Assembly (NCBI GenBank): GCA_046593875.1
Contig: JBKJQQ010000004.1
Location: 1 to 38,127, forward strand
Length of the DNA stretch: 38,127 nucleotides
Direction of reading: 5' to 3'
Origin: Mycobacteriales bacterium
Lineage (GTDB): Bacteria; Actinomycetota; Actinomycetes; Mycobacteriales; SCTD01
The position numbers and the translations under genes were made by a program. The notes under the pieces were generated by a model that ran no database searches, was not told the origin of the DNA, and was given only the letters and a program-made list of their open reading frames with translations. Of this stretch, positions 8,453 to 16,824 are shown one piece after another; position 1 is the stretch's first letter; the number at the start of each line of letters is the position of its first letter.

Positions 8453-9747
8453 GCGCCTCGCCACGCGGCGCGACCGTGAACACCGCGCCGATCCGGCTGG
8501 GACTGCGGGCGAACGCCGCGCAGTTCACCTTGCTCGTCGCGGTCAACGCCCTGGTCGGCGGGATGCTCGGCCAGGAGCGCACCGTCCTGCCGCTGCTGGC
8601 CGAGCAGGAGTTCGGGCTGACCGGCTTTACCGTCGCGACCACGTTCATCGTCGCGTTCGGCCTGACCAAGGCAGTCACCAACTTCGCTGCCGGCGCGCTG
8701 TCCGACCGCTACGGCCGCAAGCCGGTCCTGGTCGCCGGTTGGCTCGTCGGCCTCCCCGTGCCGCTGCTGCTCATATTCGCACCCAGCTGGGGCTGGGTGG
8801 TCTTCGCCAACGTGCTGCTCGGCGTCAACCAAGGCCTGACCTGGTCCACCACGGTCATCATGAAGATCGACCTGGTCGGACCGGCGCGCCGCGGCCTGGC
8901 GATGGGCCTCAACGAGGCCGCCGGCTACCTCGCCGTCGGCGCCACCGCGCTGGCCACCGGCTACATCGCCGCCCAGCACGGCCTGCGGCCGGCCCCGTTC
9001 TTCCTCGGCCTGGCGTTCGTCGCCCTCGGCCTCGGACTGTCGGCCACGGTCGTGCAGGAAACTCGCGACTACGCCCGGCTCGAGGCCGCTACGCATGCGC
9101 CCGTTGCGCGTACTGACGGGCGGGCGCACCAGCCCGAGGACCTGAGCACTCGGCAGGTCTTCCGACGAACCACCTTCAGCGAGCCGGCGCTGTCCTCGGT
9201 TAGCCAGGCCGGACTGGTCAACAACCTCAACGACGGGCTGGCCTGGGGGTTGTTCCCGCTGCTGTTCGCCTCCGCCGGCCTGTCCGTCGCACGAATCGGT
9301 GTGTTGGCTGCGCTCTACCCAGCCGTGTGGGGCCTGGGTCAGCTGGTCACCGGCGCCGCCTCCGACCGACTCGGCCGCAAGAACCTCATTGTCGCCGGCA
9401 TGCTGCTGCAGGCCGCCGCCCTCGCGCTCGTCGCCGCTGTCGACAGCTTCGCGCTCTGGGCCGTCGCCGCCGTCACGCTCGGCGTCGGCACCGCGCTGGT
9501 CTACCCCACCCTGCTGGCCGCGATAGGCGACGTCGCCCACCCGGCCTGGCGGGCCCGGTCCATCGGCGTCTACCGGCTCTGGCGCGACGCCGGCTTCGCC
9601 GTCGGCGCGCTGCTCGGCGGCATCATCGCCGATTTCTACGGCCTGCGCACGGCAGTCGCCGTCGTCGCCGCCATCACAGCCGCCTCCGGACTGCTCGTCG
9701 CCATCCGGATGTACGAAACGCACCAACCCGTCCCGAACAACACCTAG
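8449..9747 (+). CDS. MFS transporter
   Basis: Twelve-TM-like hydrophobic pattern. MFS loop motif GALSDRYGRKPVL, repeated as GAASDRLGRKNLI in the second half. GTG start overlaps the upstream stop (GTGA at 8449-8452). The earlier part of the track ORF is R-rich shadow. Confidence 0.8.
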   Translation: MSASPRGATVNTAPIRLGLRANAAQFTLLVAVNALVGGMLGQERTVLPLLAEQEFGLTGFTVATTFIVAFGLTKAVTNFAAGALSDRYGRKPVLVAGWLVGLPVPLLLIFAPSWGWVVFANVLLGVNQGLTWSTTVIMKIDLVGPARRGLAMGLNEAAGYLAVGATALATGYIAAQHGLRPAPFFLGLAFVALGLGLSATVVQETRDYARLEAATHAPVARTDGRAHQPEDLSTRQVFRRTTFSEPALSSVSQAGLVNNLNDGLAWGLFPLLFASAGLSVARIGVLAALYPAVWGLGQLVTGAASDRLGRKNLIVAGMLLQAAALALVAAVDSFALWAVAAVTLGVGTALVYPTLLAAIGDVAHPAWRARSIGVYRLWRDAGFAVGALLGGIIADFYGLRTAVAVVAAITAASGLLVAIRMYETHQPVPNNT

Positions 9748-9847
9748 CGCAGCGGGTCCGCTCATCGGCAAAGCCGGACGTTCCCTCCTCGCCACCTGCG
9801 TTCGCTATCTGGCTGACTAGAAGATCGGACCCGCCGGGACTCGCCGA

Positions 9848-9863
9848 GGTGATCGCACCCGCC
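9848..9863 (+). repeat. Third copy of the GGTGATCGCACCCGCC core seen at 555 and 670
   Basis: Exact 16-nt match to 555-570, in the same orientation. It lies about 100 bp downstream of the MFS stop in a 0.5-kb stretch with no convincing gene. Confidence 0.8.
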
Positions 9864-10260
9864 CGTTGCTGAGCAGGAGCTCGCGCGGTCGGAGCAGATT
9901 CCACGGGAGGCGTCAGATATCCGCGCCGTCCCTCTCGTCGTTCTCGGAAGGCGCTGGGGCGGTGAGAAGCACTCCGGTGCGCGACCGTCAGCGCGCTCCG
10001 TAGGTCGTGTCGCCCGGCCGCTTGTTCTCCTGGACGACCTTCATGCGCAGCTCCGCGCATCCCCCTGCTAGTTGTAGTCGTCGGAGCGCCACCCAGAGTC
10101 GCGTTGTCGCGGTGCGCCCAGGCCGCCGAGAAGCAGCCCGCGTACGCGCACGGCGTCCGAGGCAGACGTGTCCGCGATTCACGGATGCTTGACCCGGGCG
10201 GGCGTCAGGAAGACTCTGCGCAGGACGGCATACGGGGGTGTGCCACGGACTGGGGGGCCC

Positions 10261-10950
10261 ATGACGAGTACGGATCGCGCGCGAAGCTACGTCGTCGCCG
10301 GGGCAGCGTTGTTGTCGCCCTTGCTGCTCGCGGCGGCCTTCTTGGTGTCACCTGCCGATCCTCCCGGGCCGCCTGAAGAGCTCATGGCCTTCATCGCCGA
10401 GCAGCCCGACCGCTGGTACGCCGGACAGCTGCTGCTCGCCCTCGGCTTCGTGCTGCTGGGGGCTGTCGCACTCGCGACCGCGATGCTGGTGCGGGCCCGG
10501 GGAGGCGCACTCGCGACGGCTGGAGCCCTGCTGCTGCTCATCGGCGGGACGGCGTTCGGGGCCGCGATGTTCATGTACGGCGGCACGGCGTACCTCAACG
10601 CGACGAACGCGACGTTGACGGATGGGGCCGGTGTCGCCTTTCAGGCGGCGGCCGAGGACTCCGGTGCTCTCGGCGCGCCGTTCCCGATCGGGTTCTTCGG
10701 CATCATCATCGGTGTGGTGCTGTGTGCGCTCGCGCTGTGGCGGTCGGGTGCCGTCGCCTGGTGGCAGGCACTTCTGCTGGGACTGCTGCCGGCGGCCATC
10801 TTCGGAGGCTTTGAGGCCCCCTACGGGGTGGGCGCCGCTTTGTGCGTCGGCGTCTTGGTCGGCGTGGTCGCCGTGGCGCGGGCGCTTGTCCGCCAGCCGG
10901 ACGGGGGCACGGTGGCTTCTGCCGCCGACCGGGCGGCGGTCTACGCCTGA
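10261..10950 (+). CDS. Hypothetical polytopic membrane protein
   Basis: High GC3 and about 6 hydrophobic segments. ATG 10261 is preceded by a GGGGGG SD. No catalytic motif recognised. Confidence 0.6.
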   Translation: MTSTDRARSYVVAGAALLSPLLLAAAFLVSPADPPGPPEELMAFIAEQPDRWYAGQLLLALGFVLLGAVALATAMLVRARGGALATAGALLLLIGGTAFGAAMFMYGGTAYLNATNATLTDGAGVAFQAAAEDSGALGAPFPIGFFGIIIGVVLCALALWRSGAVAWWQALLLGLLPAAIFGGFEAPYGVGAALCVGVLVGVVAVARALVRQPDGGTVASAADRAAVYA

Positions 10951-11226
10951 CCGACCCAGCGCGCACGCTGCCGACCCGCACGCCGATGGACCATCAGACG
11001 CTTGGAAGGGACGCCTCGTCTGCGCGCCGTGCGCCGTCGGCTCATGCTGGCTAGGAGGTGCTTGCACCCGCCCCGGTGTAGGCGCGGAGCGGCCGACCGG
11101 GAGTCGGCAGACGTCCGCTCTATGCCGCATAGCGGGTCCATCCCTCGCGCCGCTCTCCAGCGCGGGGGTCGACGAGTTAGGCGAGGCCTGGTGAGGTCTC
11201 GCCAGGAGCCCAGATGGCATCATGCG

Positions 11227-11258
11227 TCCCCTGCTCTGACCGGCTGAGCTACCGGCCC
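11227..11258 (-). pseudogene. Truncated tRNA gene: 5' half only (acceptor 5' strand, D-arm, 5' anticodon stem)
   Basis: The minus strand reads GGGCCGG-TA-GCTC-AGCCGGTCA-GAGC-A-GGGGA, a canonical tRNA 5' half. It continues CGCATGA-TGCCA, a degenerate anticodon arm with CAT at the anticodon position. No T-arm (GGTTCGA-type) or 3' acceptor strand follows. Confidence 0.5.
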
Positions 11259-11259
11259 G

Positions 11260-11294
11260 TGCGATGCGTCATCGCAGTCCAGACGGGCCTGGAC
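11260..11294 (-). terminator. Two adjacent GC hairpins downstream of the M56 peptidase gene
   Basis: TGCGATG-cgt-CATCGCA at 11260-11276 and GTCCAG-acgggc-CTGGAC at 11277-11294. No U-tract follows either. Confidence 0.3.
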
Positions 11295-11379
11295 TCTCTC
11301 GCCGGGTGCTGGAGCCGCCGAGCCCCTGACCCCTTCGGCGCGGCCCGGGCGGAGGCACGCCCGTCGGAGGATCGCTGGG

Positions 11380-12327
11380 CTACCGCGCCTGGCTGCTGGT
11401 GTAGCTCTGGCGGGCCTGCTCGAACTGGACCTCGGTGTGCCGGGCCAGCCCCAGAGCGCTGGCCGCGGTCAGGATCGTGAGGCCCACGACGGCCGCGCGC
11501 AGCGCCAGGTGCCGTCGTGGGGCAGGCGCGAGCAGGGCCCGCACCCGGTCACCTGCGCTACCGCGGACCGCTCCGAGGACGACGGACTGCAGCGGCCCCG
11601 CCGCGAAGTCGGGTGCAGGCGCGCTGGCAAGGCTGGCGCGCGCCAGAGCCTGCGCCGCGGTGCGACGGCTCCCGACCTGCCGGGCGGCGTCTTCGTCGGC
11701 CCAGCGCTCGACCGCAGCGACGACGGCCGTGGTCAGCGGACCGAGCAGGGGGTTCGCCGCGACGGCGAGCTCAGTGAGCTGGACGTAGAGATGGTGCCGG
11801 TGTCGCAGATGGGAGTGCTCGTGGGCGAGCAGGACACGCTGCTCGGCAGGGGGCAGGGCCGCGAGCATCGCCGTGGACACGACGATGCGCCCGCGCCAGC
11901 CGGGCAGGGTGAAGGCGTCGGGGCGCTCGTCGTCCACGATGATCAGACCGGCGTCCCCCGGGCCCAAGGCGCGGCACGTGAGCTGCGAGGCAGTGAGGTC
12001 GCGCCCCGCGGCGACCAGGCGCAGTACCGCAGCACCCAGGAGGACAGCCACGACAGCAGCGACGGGCCAGCCGACGACGGGGGGCAGCGGCACGGTGCTG
12101 TGCACCTGCTCGGCCGACCACTGGCCTCGGGCCGCCAGGACCGGCAGCTGCGCCAGCGCGTCGAAGGCCAGGACCGCCAGGACGAACCCGCAGCTGACCG
12201 CCGTGACCAGGCCGGCACCGGTCAGCAGCCGTGCGGTCGCCCGCGGCGGCAGCCGCGAGCCCAGCCGGCACGCGGTCCCGCGGAGCAGCAGGGCGGCGAT
12301 CAGCGGGACAGCAGCCAGCGGGTCCAT
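11380..12327 (-). CDS. M56-family (BlaR1/MecR1-like) membrane metalloprotease sensor
   Basis: Zinc motif HEHSHLRHRHH (HExxH) after N-terminal TM segments. The start lies 1 nt after the stop of the BlaI-family gene. Confidence 0.8.
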   Translation of the reverse strand: MDPLAAVPLIAALLLRGTACRLGSRLPPRATARLLTGAGLVTAVSCGFVLAVLAFDALAQLPVLAARGQWSAEQVHSTVPLPPVVGWPVAAVVAVLLGAAVLRLVAAGRDLTASQLTCRALGPGDAGLIIVDDERPDAFTLPGWRGRIVVSTAMLAALPPAEQRVLLAHEHSHLRHRHHLYVQLTELAVAANPLLGPLTTAVVAAVERWADEDAARQVGSRRTAAQALARASLASAPAPDFAAGPLQSVVLGAVRGSAGDRVRALLAPAPRRHLALRAAVVGLTILTAASALGLARHTEVQFEQARQSYTSSQAR

Positions 12328-12328
12328 C

Positions 12329-12727
12329 TCAGTCGACGGGCTGACCGGCGGGACCCGGCTCGGTCGGGCGCAGGAGGTCAGCGAGCAGCTGCTCGTCCCC
12401 GGGTCCGAGGTCGGCGACGAAGTGCGCCAGCGCGGAGGCCCGGTCCGGACCGGCCGCCAGCAGCTGGCTCATCCGCCGGCCGGTGAGGGCCGCGGCGACG
12501 TCCTTCTCGGCGGTGACCAGGCTGTAGGCGTAGGACCGGCCGGCCGACTCCCGGCGCAGCGCGCCCTTCCCGACGAGCCGGCTCAGCGTGGTCATGACCG
12601 TGGTGTAGGCCAGGCCGTCGCCGAGCTCGGCCTGCGTCTGTCCCGGCGTCAGCGGGCGGCCGGCAGCGGCCAGGACAGCGAGCACCCGGCGCTCCAGCTC
12701 CCCCCGGCCCCGACGCGGTGCCCCCAT
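12329..12727 (-). CDS. blaI: BlaI/MecI/CopY-family transcriptional repressor
   Basis: About 130-aa winged-helix protein: GELERRVLAVLAAAGRPLTPGQTQAELGDGLAYTTVMTTLSRLVGKGALRR. Paired with the M56 sensor immediately downstream. Confidence 0.8.
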   Translation of the reverse strand: MGAPRRGRGELERRVLAVLAAAGRPLTPGQTQAELGDGLAYTTVMTTLSRLVGKGALRRESAGRSYAYSLVTAEKDVAAALTGRRMSQLLAAGPDRASALAHFVADLGPGDEQLLADLLRPTEPGPAGQPVD

Positions 12728-12738
12728 GATCCTCCGAT

Positions 12739-12776
12739 CTACTACTGACTCAGTGGTACTGTCCGGACGGTAGTAG
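12739..12776. promoter_or_regulatory. Candidate BlaI operator region in a divergent promoter
   Basis: Inverted heptamers CTACTAC at 12739-45 and GTAGTAG at 12770-76. They enclose the palindromes ACTGA-C-TCAGT and GTCCGGAC. This is a locally AT-richer patch between blaI and the ABC operon. Confidence 0.4.
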
Positions 12777-12822
12777 TCAAGACTGCCACACCACCCGGCG
12801 GCAGCAGCGACGAGGAGACCAC

Positions 12823-13785
12823 GTGACCGAGATCGCCGTGGACGCGCGCGGACTCGTCAAGCGGTACGGCCAGCTGACGGCGGTGGACGGCGTGGACCTG
12901 AGGGTCGGGGTGGGCGAGGTCTACGGGCTATTGGGACCCAACGGCGCGGGCAAGACCACGTTCCTGCGGATGCTGTTCGGGCTGATCCGGCCCGATGAGG
13001 GGACGCTGGAGGTCCTCGGCCGCACCTGGGCGAGCGACGGGCCACGAGCGCTGGAAGGCGTGGCCGGCTTCCTGGAGAGCCCGAAGTTCTACCCCTACCT
13101 GTCCGGCCGCACGAACCTCGAGCTGCTCGCCCAGCTCGACGGTGGCGGCGCCGTCGGCCGGGTCGACGAGGTCCTCGCGACCGTGGACCTGGCCCGCCGC
13201 GACCGGGACAAGGTCAAGGGCTACAGCTTCGGCATGCGCCAGCGCCTGGGGGTCGCCGCCGCACTGCTGCGCGACCCGCTGCTGCTCGTGCTCGACGAAC
13301 CGGCCAACGGCCTGGACCCGGCGGGCATCCGGGACATGCGCGCACTGGTCAAGCGGCTCGCCGCACGCGGCCTGACGGTCCTGCTCAGCTCGCACAACAT
13401 GGACGAGGTCGAAGACATCTGCGACCACGTCACGATCATGAAGTCCGGGTCGGTGGCCTACCACGGCACGATCGCCGCGCTCCGCGAACGGGCGCCGGAA
13501 CCGGCACACCTGCTGCGCAGCAGCGACGACGGCGCAGCGCTGGCCCGGGCCGCCGACCACCCCGACCTGGCTGTCGCCGCCTCCCCCGACGGGCCCGGCC
13601 TCGCCGTCCGCGGATCCCAGGCGGCGCTGGACCACTACGTCCGCGACCTCGTCGGCGCCGACCTGGCGATCCGGGCCCTGAGCCTGTCCGAGGCGCCGCT
13701 CGAGTCGCTGTTCTTCCTGCTCACCGAGTCCGCACCGGACACCAGCGCCGAGCTCCGGAGCACCGCTGCTGGAGCAGGCCGGTGA
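12823..13785 (+). CDS. ABC transporter ATP-binding protein
   Basis: Walker A GPNGAGKTT. Signature-like YSFGMRQRL. Walker B LLVLDEP. H-loop SSHNM. Confidence 0.9.
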   Translation: MTEIAVDARGLVKRYGQLTAVDGVDLRVGVGEVYGLLGPNGAGKTTFLRMLFGLIRPDEGTLEVLGRTWASDGPRALEGVAGFLESPKFYPYLSGRTNLELLAQLDGGGAVGRVDEVLATVDLARRDRDKVKGYSFGMRQRLGVAAALLRDPLLLVLDEPANGLDPAGIRDMRALVKRLAARGLTVLLSSHNMDEVEDICDHVTIMKSGSVAYHGTIAALRERAPEPAHLLRSSDDGAALARAADHPDLAVAASPDGPGLAVRGSQAALDHYVRDLVGADLAIRALSLSEAPLESLFFLLTESAPDTSAELRSTAAGAGR

Positions 13786-14657
13786 CCGCCCTCCGGACCG
13801 AGCCCAGCCGCCCGGCACAGGCCCGCCCTTCGGGCAGCCGGCGACCGGGCCTGCTCACCGCCTACCGCTTCGAGCTGACCAAGCTCGCCGCCCAGGCCCG
13901 CGCCCGCTACGCCCTGCTCGGCTGCCTGCTCGCCCCGGTGCTGGTCGTCCTGGTCCTCGACGGTCAGGGCCGTCCACCCAAGGACACCCTGTTCGGCCGG
14001 CACATCCACGCGAGCGGCTACGCCGTGCCGCTGCTGCTGCTCGGCTTCGCCGCCCAGTGGGTGCTGCCCCTGCTGACCAGCCTGGTCGCCGGCGACATCT
14101 TCGCCAGCGAGGACTCCCACGGCACGTGGAAGACCATCCTGACCCGGTCGGTCAGCCGCGGCCGGATCTTCGCCGCCAAGACCCTGGTCTGCGCCACGTA
14201 CGCCGTGCTCGTGCTCGTCGTCCTGGCCACCAGCACGACCGTGGCCAGTACGACGCTCGTCGGCACGCAGGACCTCATCGGCCTGTCCGGGCAGCTGATC
14301 CCCGGCGCCGACGCCGCTCGCCTCGTGGTGCAGGCGTGGGCGACGGCCCTGCCACCGCTGCTGGCCTTCACCAGCCTGGCGATCCTGCTGTCCGTGCTCA
14401 GCCGCAACCCCGCCGTCGGCGTCGTCGCGCCGATCGTGATCGGCTTCGTCCTGCAGCTCGTCGGGTCCCTCGGCGGCCTCGACCTGCCGCGCCGGCTCCT
14501 GCTCACCACCCCGTTCGAGGCCTGGCACGGCCTGCTCGTCGCCCAGCCGTTCACGGCGCCGTTGTGGCAGGGGTTGGCCGTGTCGACCGCCTGGTGCGGG
14601 GTCTGCCTGGCCGTGGCCCACATGGTCCTGCGTCGTCGCGACATCACGGGAGGATGA
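13782..14657 (+). CDS. ABC-2 type transporter permease
   Basis: The GTG start overlaps the ATPase stop (GTGA). About six hydrophobic segments. Confidence 0.75.
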   Translation: MTALRTEPSRPAQARPSGSRRPGLLTAYRFELTKLAAQARARYALLGCLLAPVLVVLVLDGQGRPPKDTLFGRHIHASGYAVPLLLLGFAAQWVLPLLTSLVAGDIFASEDSHGTWKTILTRSVSRGRIFAAKTLVCATYAVLVLVVLATSTTVASTTLVGTQDLIGLSGQLIPGADAARLVVQAWATALPPLLAFTSLAILLSVLSRNPAVGVVAPIVIGFVLQLVGSLGGLDLPRRLLLTTPFEAWHGLLVAQPFTAPLWQGLAVSTAWCGVCLAVAHMVLRRRDITGG

Positions 14658-15139
14658 GCATGACCCCCACCCACCGCAGGCGCCTGCTGTCCACTGCCGC
14701 CCTGGCCGGCGCGGTGTCCGTGGGCCTGACGGGCTGCAGCAGCAGCATCACTCGCCCCCGGGTCGAGGCCGCCCTGCTGCCCGCCTTCACCGAGCTCTAC
14801 CTCCAGCAGGCCGCCATCCTCGGGCACACCGAGGTCACCCGAGCATCGATGGCGGCGACCGACGACTGCGACAAGGGCGGACCCACGCTGCCCGACGTCG
14901 GCGTCGGCGCCGACTGGATCTGCATGATCCACTGGACCGATGACCAGGGGATGAAGCAGGACGGGAAGTTCGAGCTGCAGATCCGCAGCAACTCCTGCTA
15001 CACCGCCACCGGTCCGTCCCGCATCACCGGCACCGTCATGATCACTGACATCCACGGCGTCGACGTGCCCAACCCCGTCTTCGAGTTCGACGGCTGCTTC
15101 GATCCCGACGCGGCCGTCCCGGCCGGACCGACGACGTGA
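14654..15139 (+). CDS. Lipoprotein, function unknown, Cys-rich
   Basis: The ATG overlaps the permease stop (ATGA). Signal peptide plus lipobox RRRLLSTAALAGAVSVGLTGC. Four further Cys. High GC3. It lies in the tail of track ORF 14057..15139. Confidence 0.7.
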   Translation: MSMTPTHRRRLLSTAALAGAVSVGLTGCSSSITRPRVEAALLPAFTELYLQQAAILGHTEVTRASMAATDDCDKGGPTLPDVGVGADWICMIHWTDDQGMKQDGKFELQIRSNSCYTATGPSRITGTVMITDIHGVDVPNPVFEFDGCFDPDAAVPAGPTT

Positions 15140-15182
15140 GCGACTCGGGTCAGGACCTCCTGCTCCGCGCCAGGTCTCGGAC

Positions 15183-16598
15183 GTGAGCGCCCTGCTGGAC
15201 GGGTTGCTCGGACTGGCCAGTCCCTGGGGCTACCTGCTGGTCGCCCTGCTGGCCGGCCTGGAGGCTGCGGCGTTCGTCGGCCTGGTCATCCCCGGGGAGG
15301 CCGCGATGCTGCTCGGCGGGGTCCTTGCCTCCACCGGCCGGGCCAGCCTGCCGGTGATGATGGCCTGCGCCGCCGTGGGCGCCGTCCTCGGCGACTCTGC
15401 CGGGTACGAGATGGGCCGCCGGTTCAGCGAGCCGCTGCGCGCCAGCCGGCTCGGCCGGCGGATCGGGGTGCAGCGATGGGACGACGCTGAGCAGTACGTC
15501 CGCCGGCGCGGTGGCCGGGCGGTGTTCCTGGGCCGGTTCGTCGGCGTGCTGCGCGCCCTGGTGCCCTTCGTCGCCGGCGCGAGCCGGATGCCCTACCGGA
15601 GGTTTCTGCCCTACAACGCCCTCGGCGCGGTCATCTGGGCGCCCGGCCTGGTCTACCTCGGCTTCCTGGCCGGACACTCCTACCGACGCGTCGAGCAGCT
15701 CGCCGGACGCGCCAGTCTGCTGCTGGCCGTCGCCGTCGTGGTGCTCGGCGTCGTCGCCGTGGTCGGGCGCTGGATCAGCCGGCACCCCGAGCGCGCCCTG
15801 GCACCGTTGCGGCGCCTGGCCGCCCGTCCTGTCGTGCTGCGGATCCGTGGCCGCTACGCCCGACAGCTGGCCTTCCTGGCCGCCCGGCTCAGCCCGGCGG
15901 GCGCCCTCGGGCTGGCACTGACGACACAGCTGGCTCTCCTGGCCCTGCTGGGCGCGGTCTTCGGCGCCGTCACCGAGGACGTCCTGGCCGGCAACGAGAT
16001 CGTCCGCATCGACAGCCCGGTCTCCCGCTTCCTGATCGACCACCGCGAGCCGTGGCTGACCTCCGCCATGCGCCTGATCACCGCGCTCGGCGGCATCCAC
16101 GTCCTCGTCCCGCTGCTGCTGGCCGTCGGACTGCTGGCCCGGTGGCGGCAGAGCAGCTGGCGACCGCTGGTGCTGCTCGCCCTGACCACCACAGGTGCGG
16201 TGGTGGCCAGCGCCAGCATCAAGCTGCTCATCGCCCGGCCTCGTCCTACCGCCGACTCACTGGTCGGCGCGCTCGGGTACGGCTTTCCGTCCGGACACAG
16301 CACCCAGGCCGCCGCGGCCTGGCTCGCGGTCGCTCTGGTCCTGGGTTCGATGACACGCAGCACGGCGGCGCGCGTCACCCTCGGCTCCGCCGCCCTGTCC
16401 GTCGTCGTGCTGGTCGGGGTCTCCCGCATCTACCTCGGCGTGCACGAACCGACCGACGTCCTGGGCGGCTGGGCCCTTGGCGCCCTGTGGCTGTGCGCCG
16501 TACTCACCGCTCTGCACCTGCTGCAGCACCGCGCCGACCTCCGCCACGCGGGCGCGGCCCCCGCCCCGGGCGCCCGTTCCGTGCGGGTGCGGGGTTGA
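15183..16598 (+). CDS. Bifunctional DedA-family / PAP2-family phosphatase membrane protein
   Basis: The N-terminal half has the DedA signature (GRFVGVLRALVPFVAGASRMPYRRFLPYNALGAVIWAP). The C-terminal half has all three PAP2 motifs: KLLIARPRP, PSGHS, SRIYLGVHEPTDV. Confidence 0.85.
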   Translation: MSALLDGLLGLASPWGYLLVALLAGLEAAAFVGLVIPGEAAMLLGGVLASTGRASLPVMMACAAVGAVLGDSAGYEMGRRFSEPLRASRLGRRIGVQRWDDAEQYVRRRGGRAVFLGRFVGVLRALVPFVAGASRMPYRRFLPYNALGAVIWAPGLVYLGFLAGHSYRRVEQLAGRASLLLAVAVVVLGVVAVVGRWISRHPERALAPLRRLAARPVVLRIRGRYARQLAFLAARLSPAGALGLALTTQLALLALLGAVFGAVTEDVLAGNEIVRIDSPVSRFLIDHREPWLTSAMRLITALGGIHVLVPLLLAVGLLARWRQSSWRPLVLLALTTTGAVVASASIKLLIARPRPTADSLVGALGYGFPSGHSTQAAAAWLAVALVLGSMTRSTAARVTLGSAALSVVVLVGVSRIYLGVHEPTDVLGGWALGALWLCAVLTALHLLQHRADLRHAGAAPAPGARSVRVRG

Positions 16599-16824
16599 CG
16601 GGCGGCCCTGTTCGGTGCGCTGCCGGCGGGCGACCGCCCCGCTGGAGCACGTGGCGAGACGAGCTCTGTCGCCTGGGCGGGCCGCGGCGCTCCACGCCTT
16701 CGTCCCACTCGGCGTCGATCGCCCGCAACTGCTCCGCCGCTTCGCAGCCGCCCGGCGGCGTACGCTCCCCCGGCCGCCGACCCACCGCCGACCGGGCGGC
16801 GCAGGCCGCAGGGGGGAGCGGAGG

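Noticed and set aside
7783-9795. 670-aa minus-strand ORF. Similar long ORFs occur at 3575..4753(+), 12928..13818(-), 13635..14621(-), 15150..16100(-), 17146..18573(-), 17846..19462(-), 24473..25933(-) and 33866..35425(-).
   Set aside because: All lie antisense or out of frame to genes with clear family motifs. Their translations are R/G/A/P/D-rich low-complexity strings with no recognisable motif. This is the usual stop-codon-poor shadow frame of very GC-rich DNA.
9988-10044. 18-codon minus-strand sORF, MKVVQENKRPGDTTYGAR, with GGAG 6 nt upstream and high GC3, in the 0.5-kb gene-free stretch.
   Set aside because: It is too short to tell apart from chance in this composition, and I recognise no homology. 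It is worth only a conservation or ribo-seq check.
11181-11258. A complete, functional tRNA gene.
   Set aside because: Only the 5' half is canonical. The anticodon stem pairs at 3 of 5 positions, position 33 is G, and no T-arm or 3' acceptor strand follows. It is called a fragment instead.
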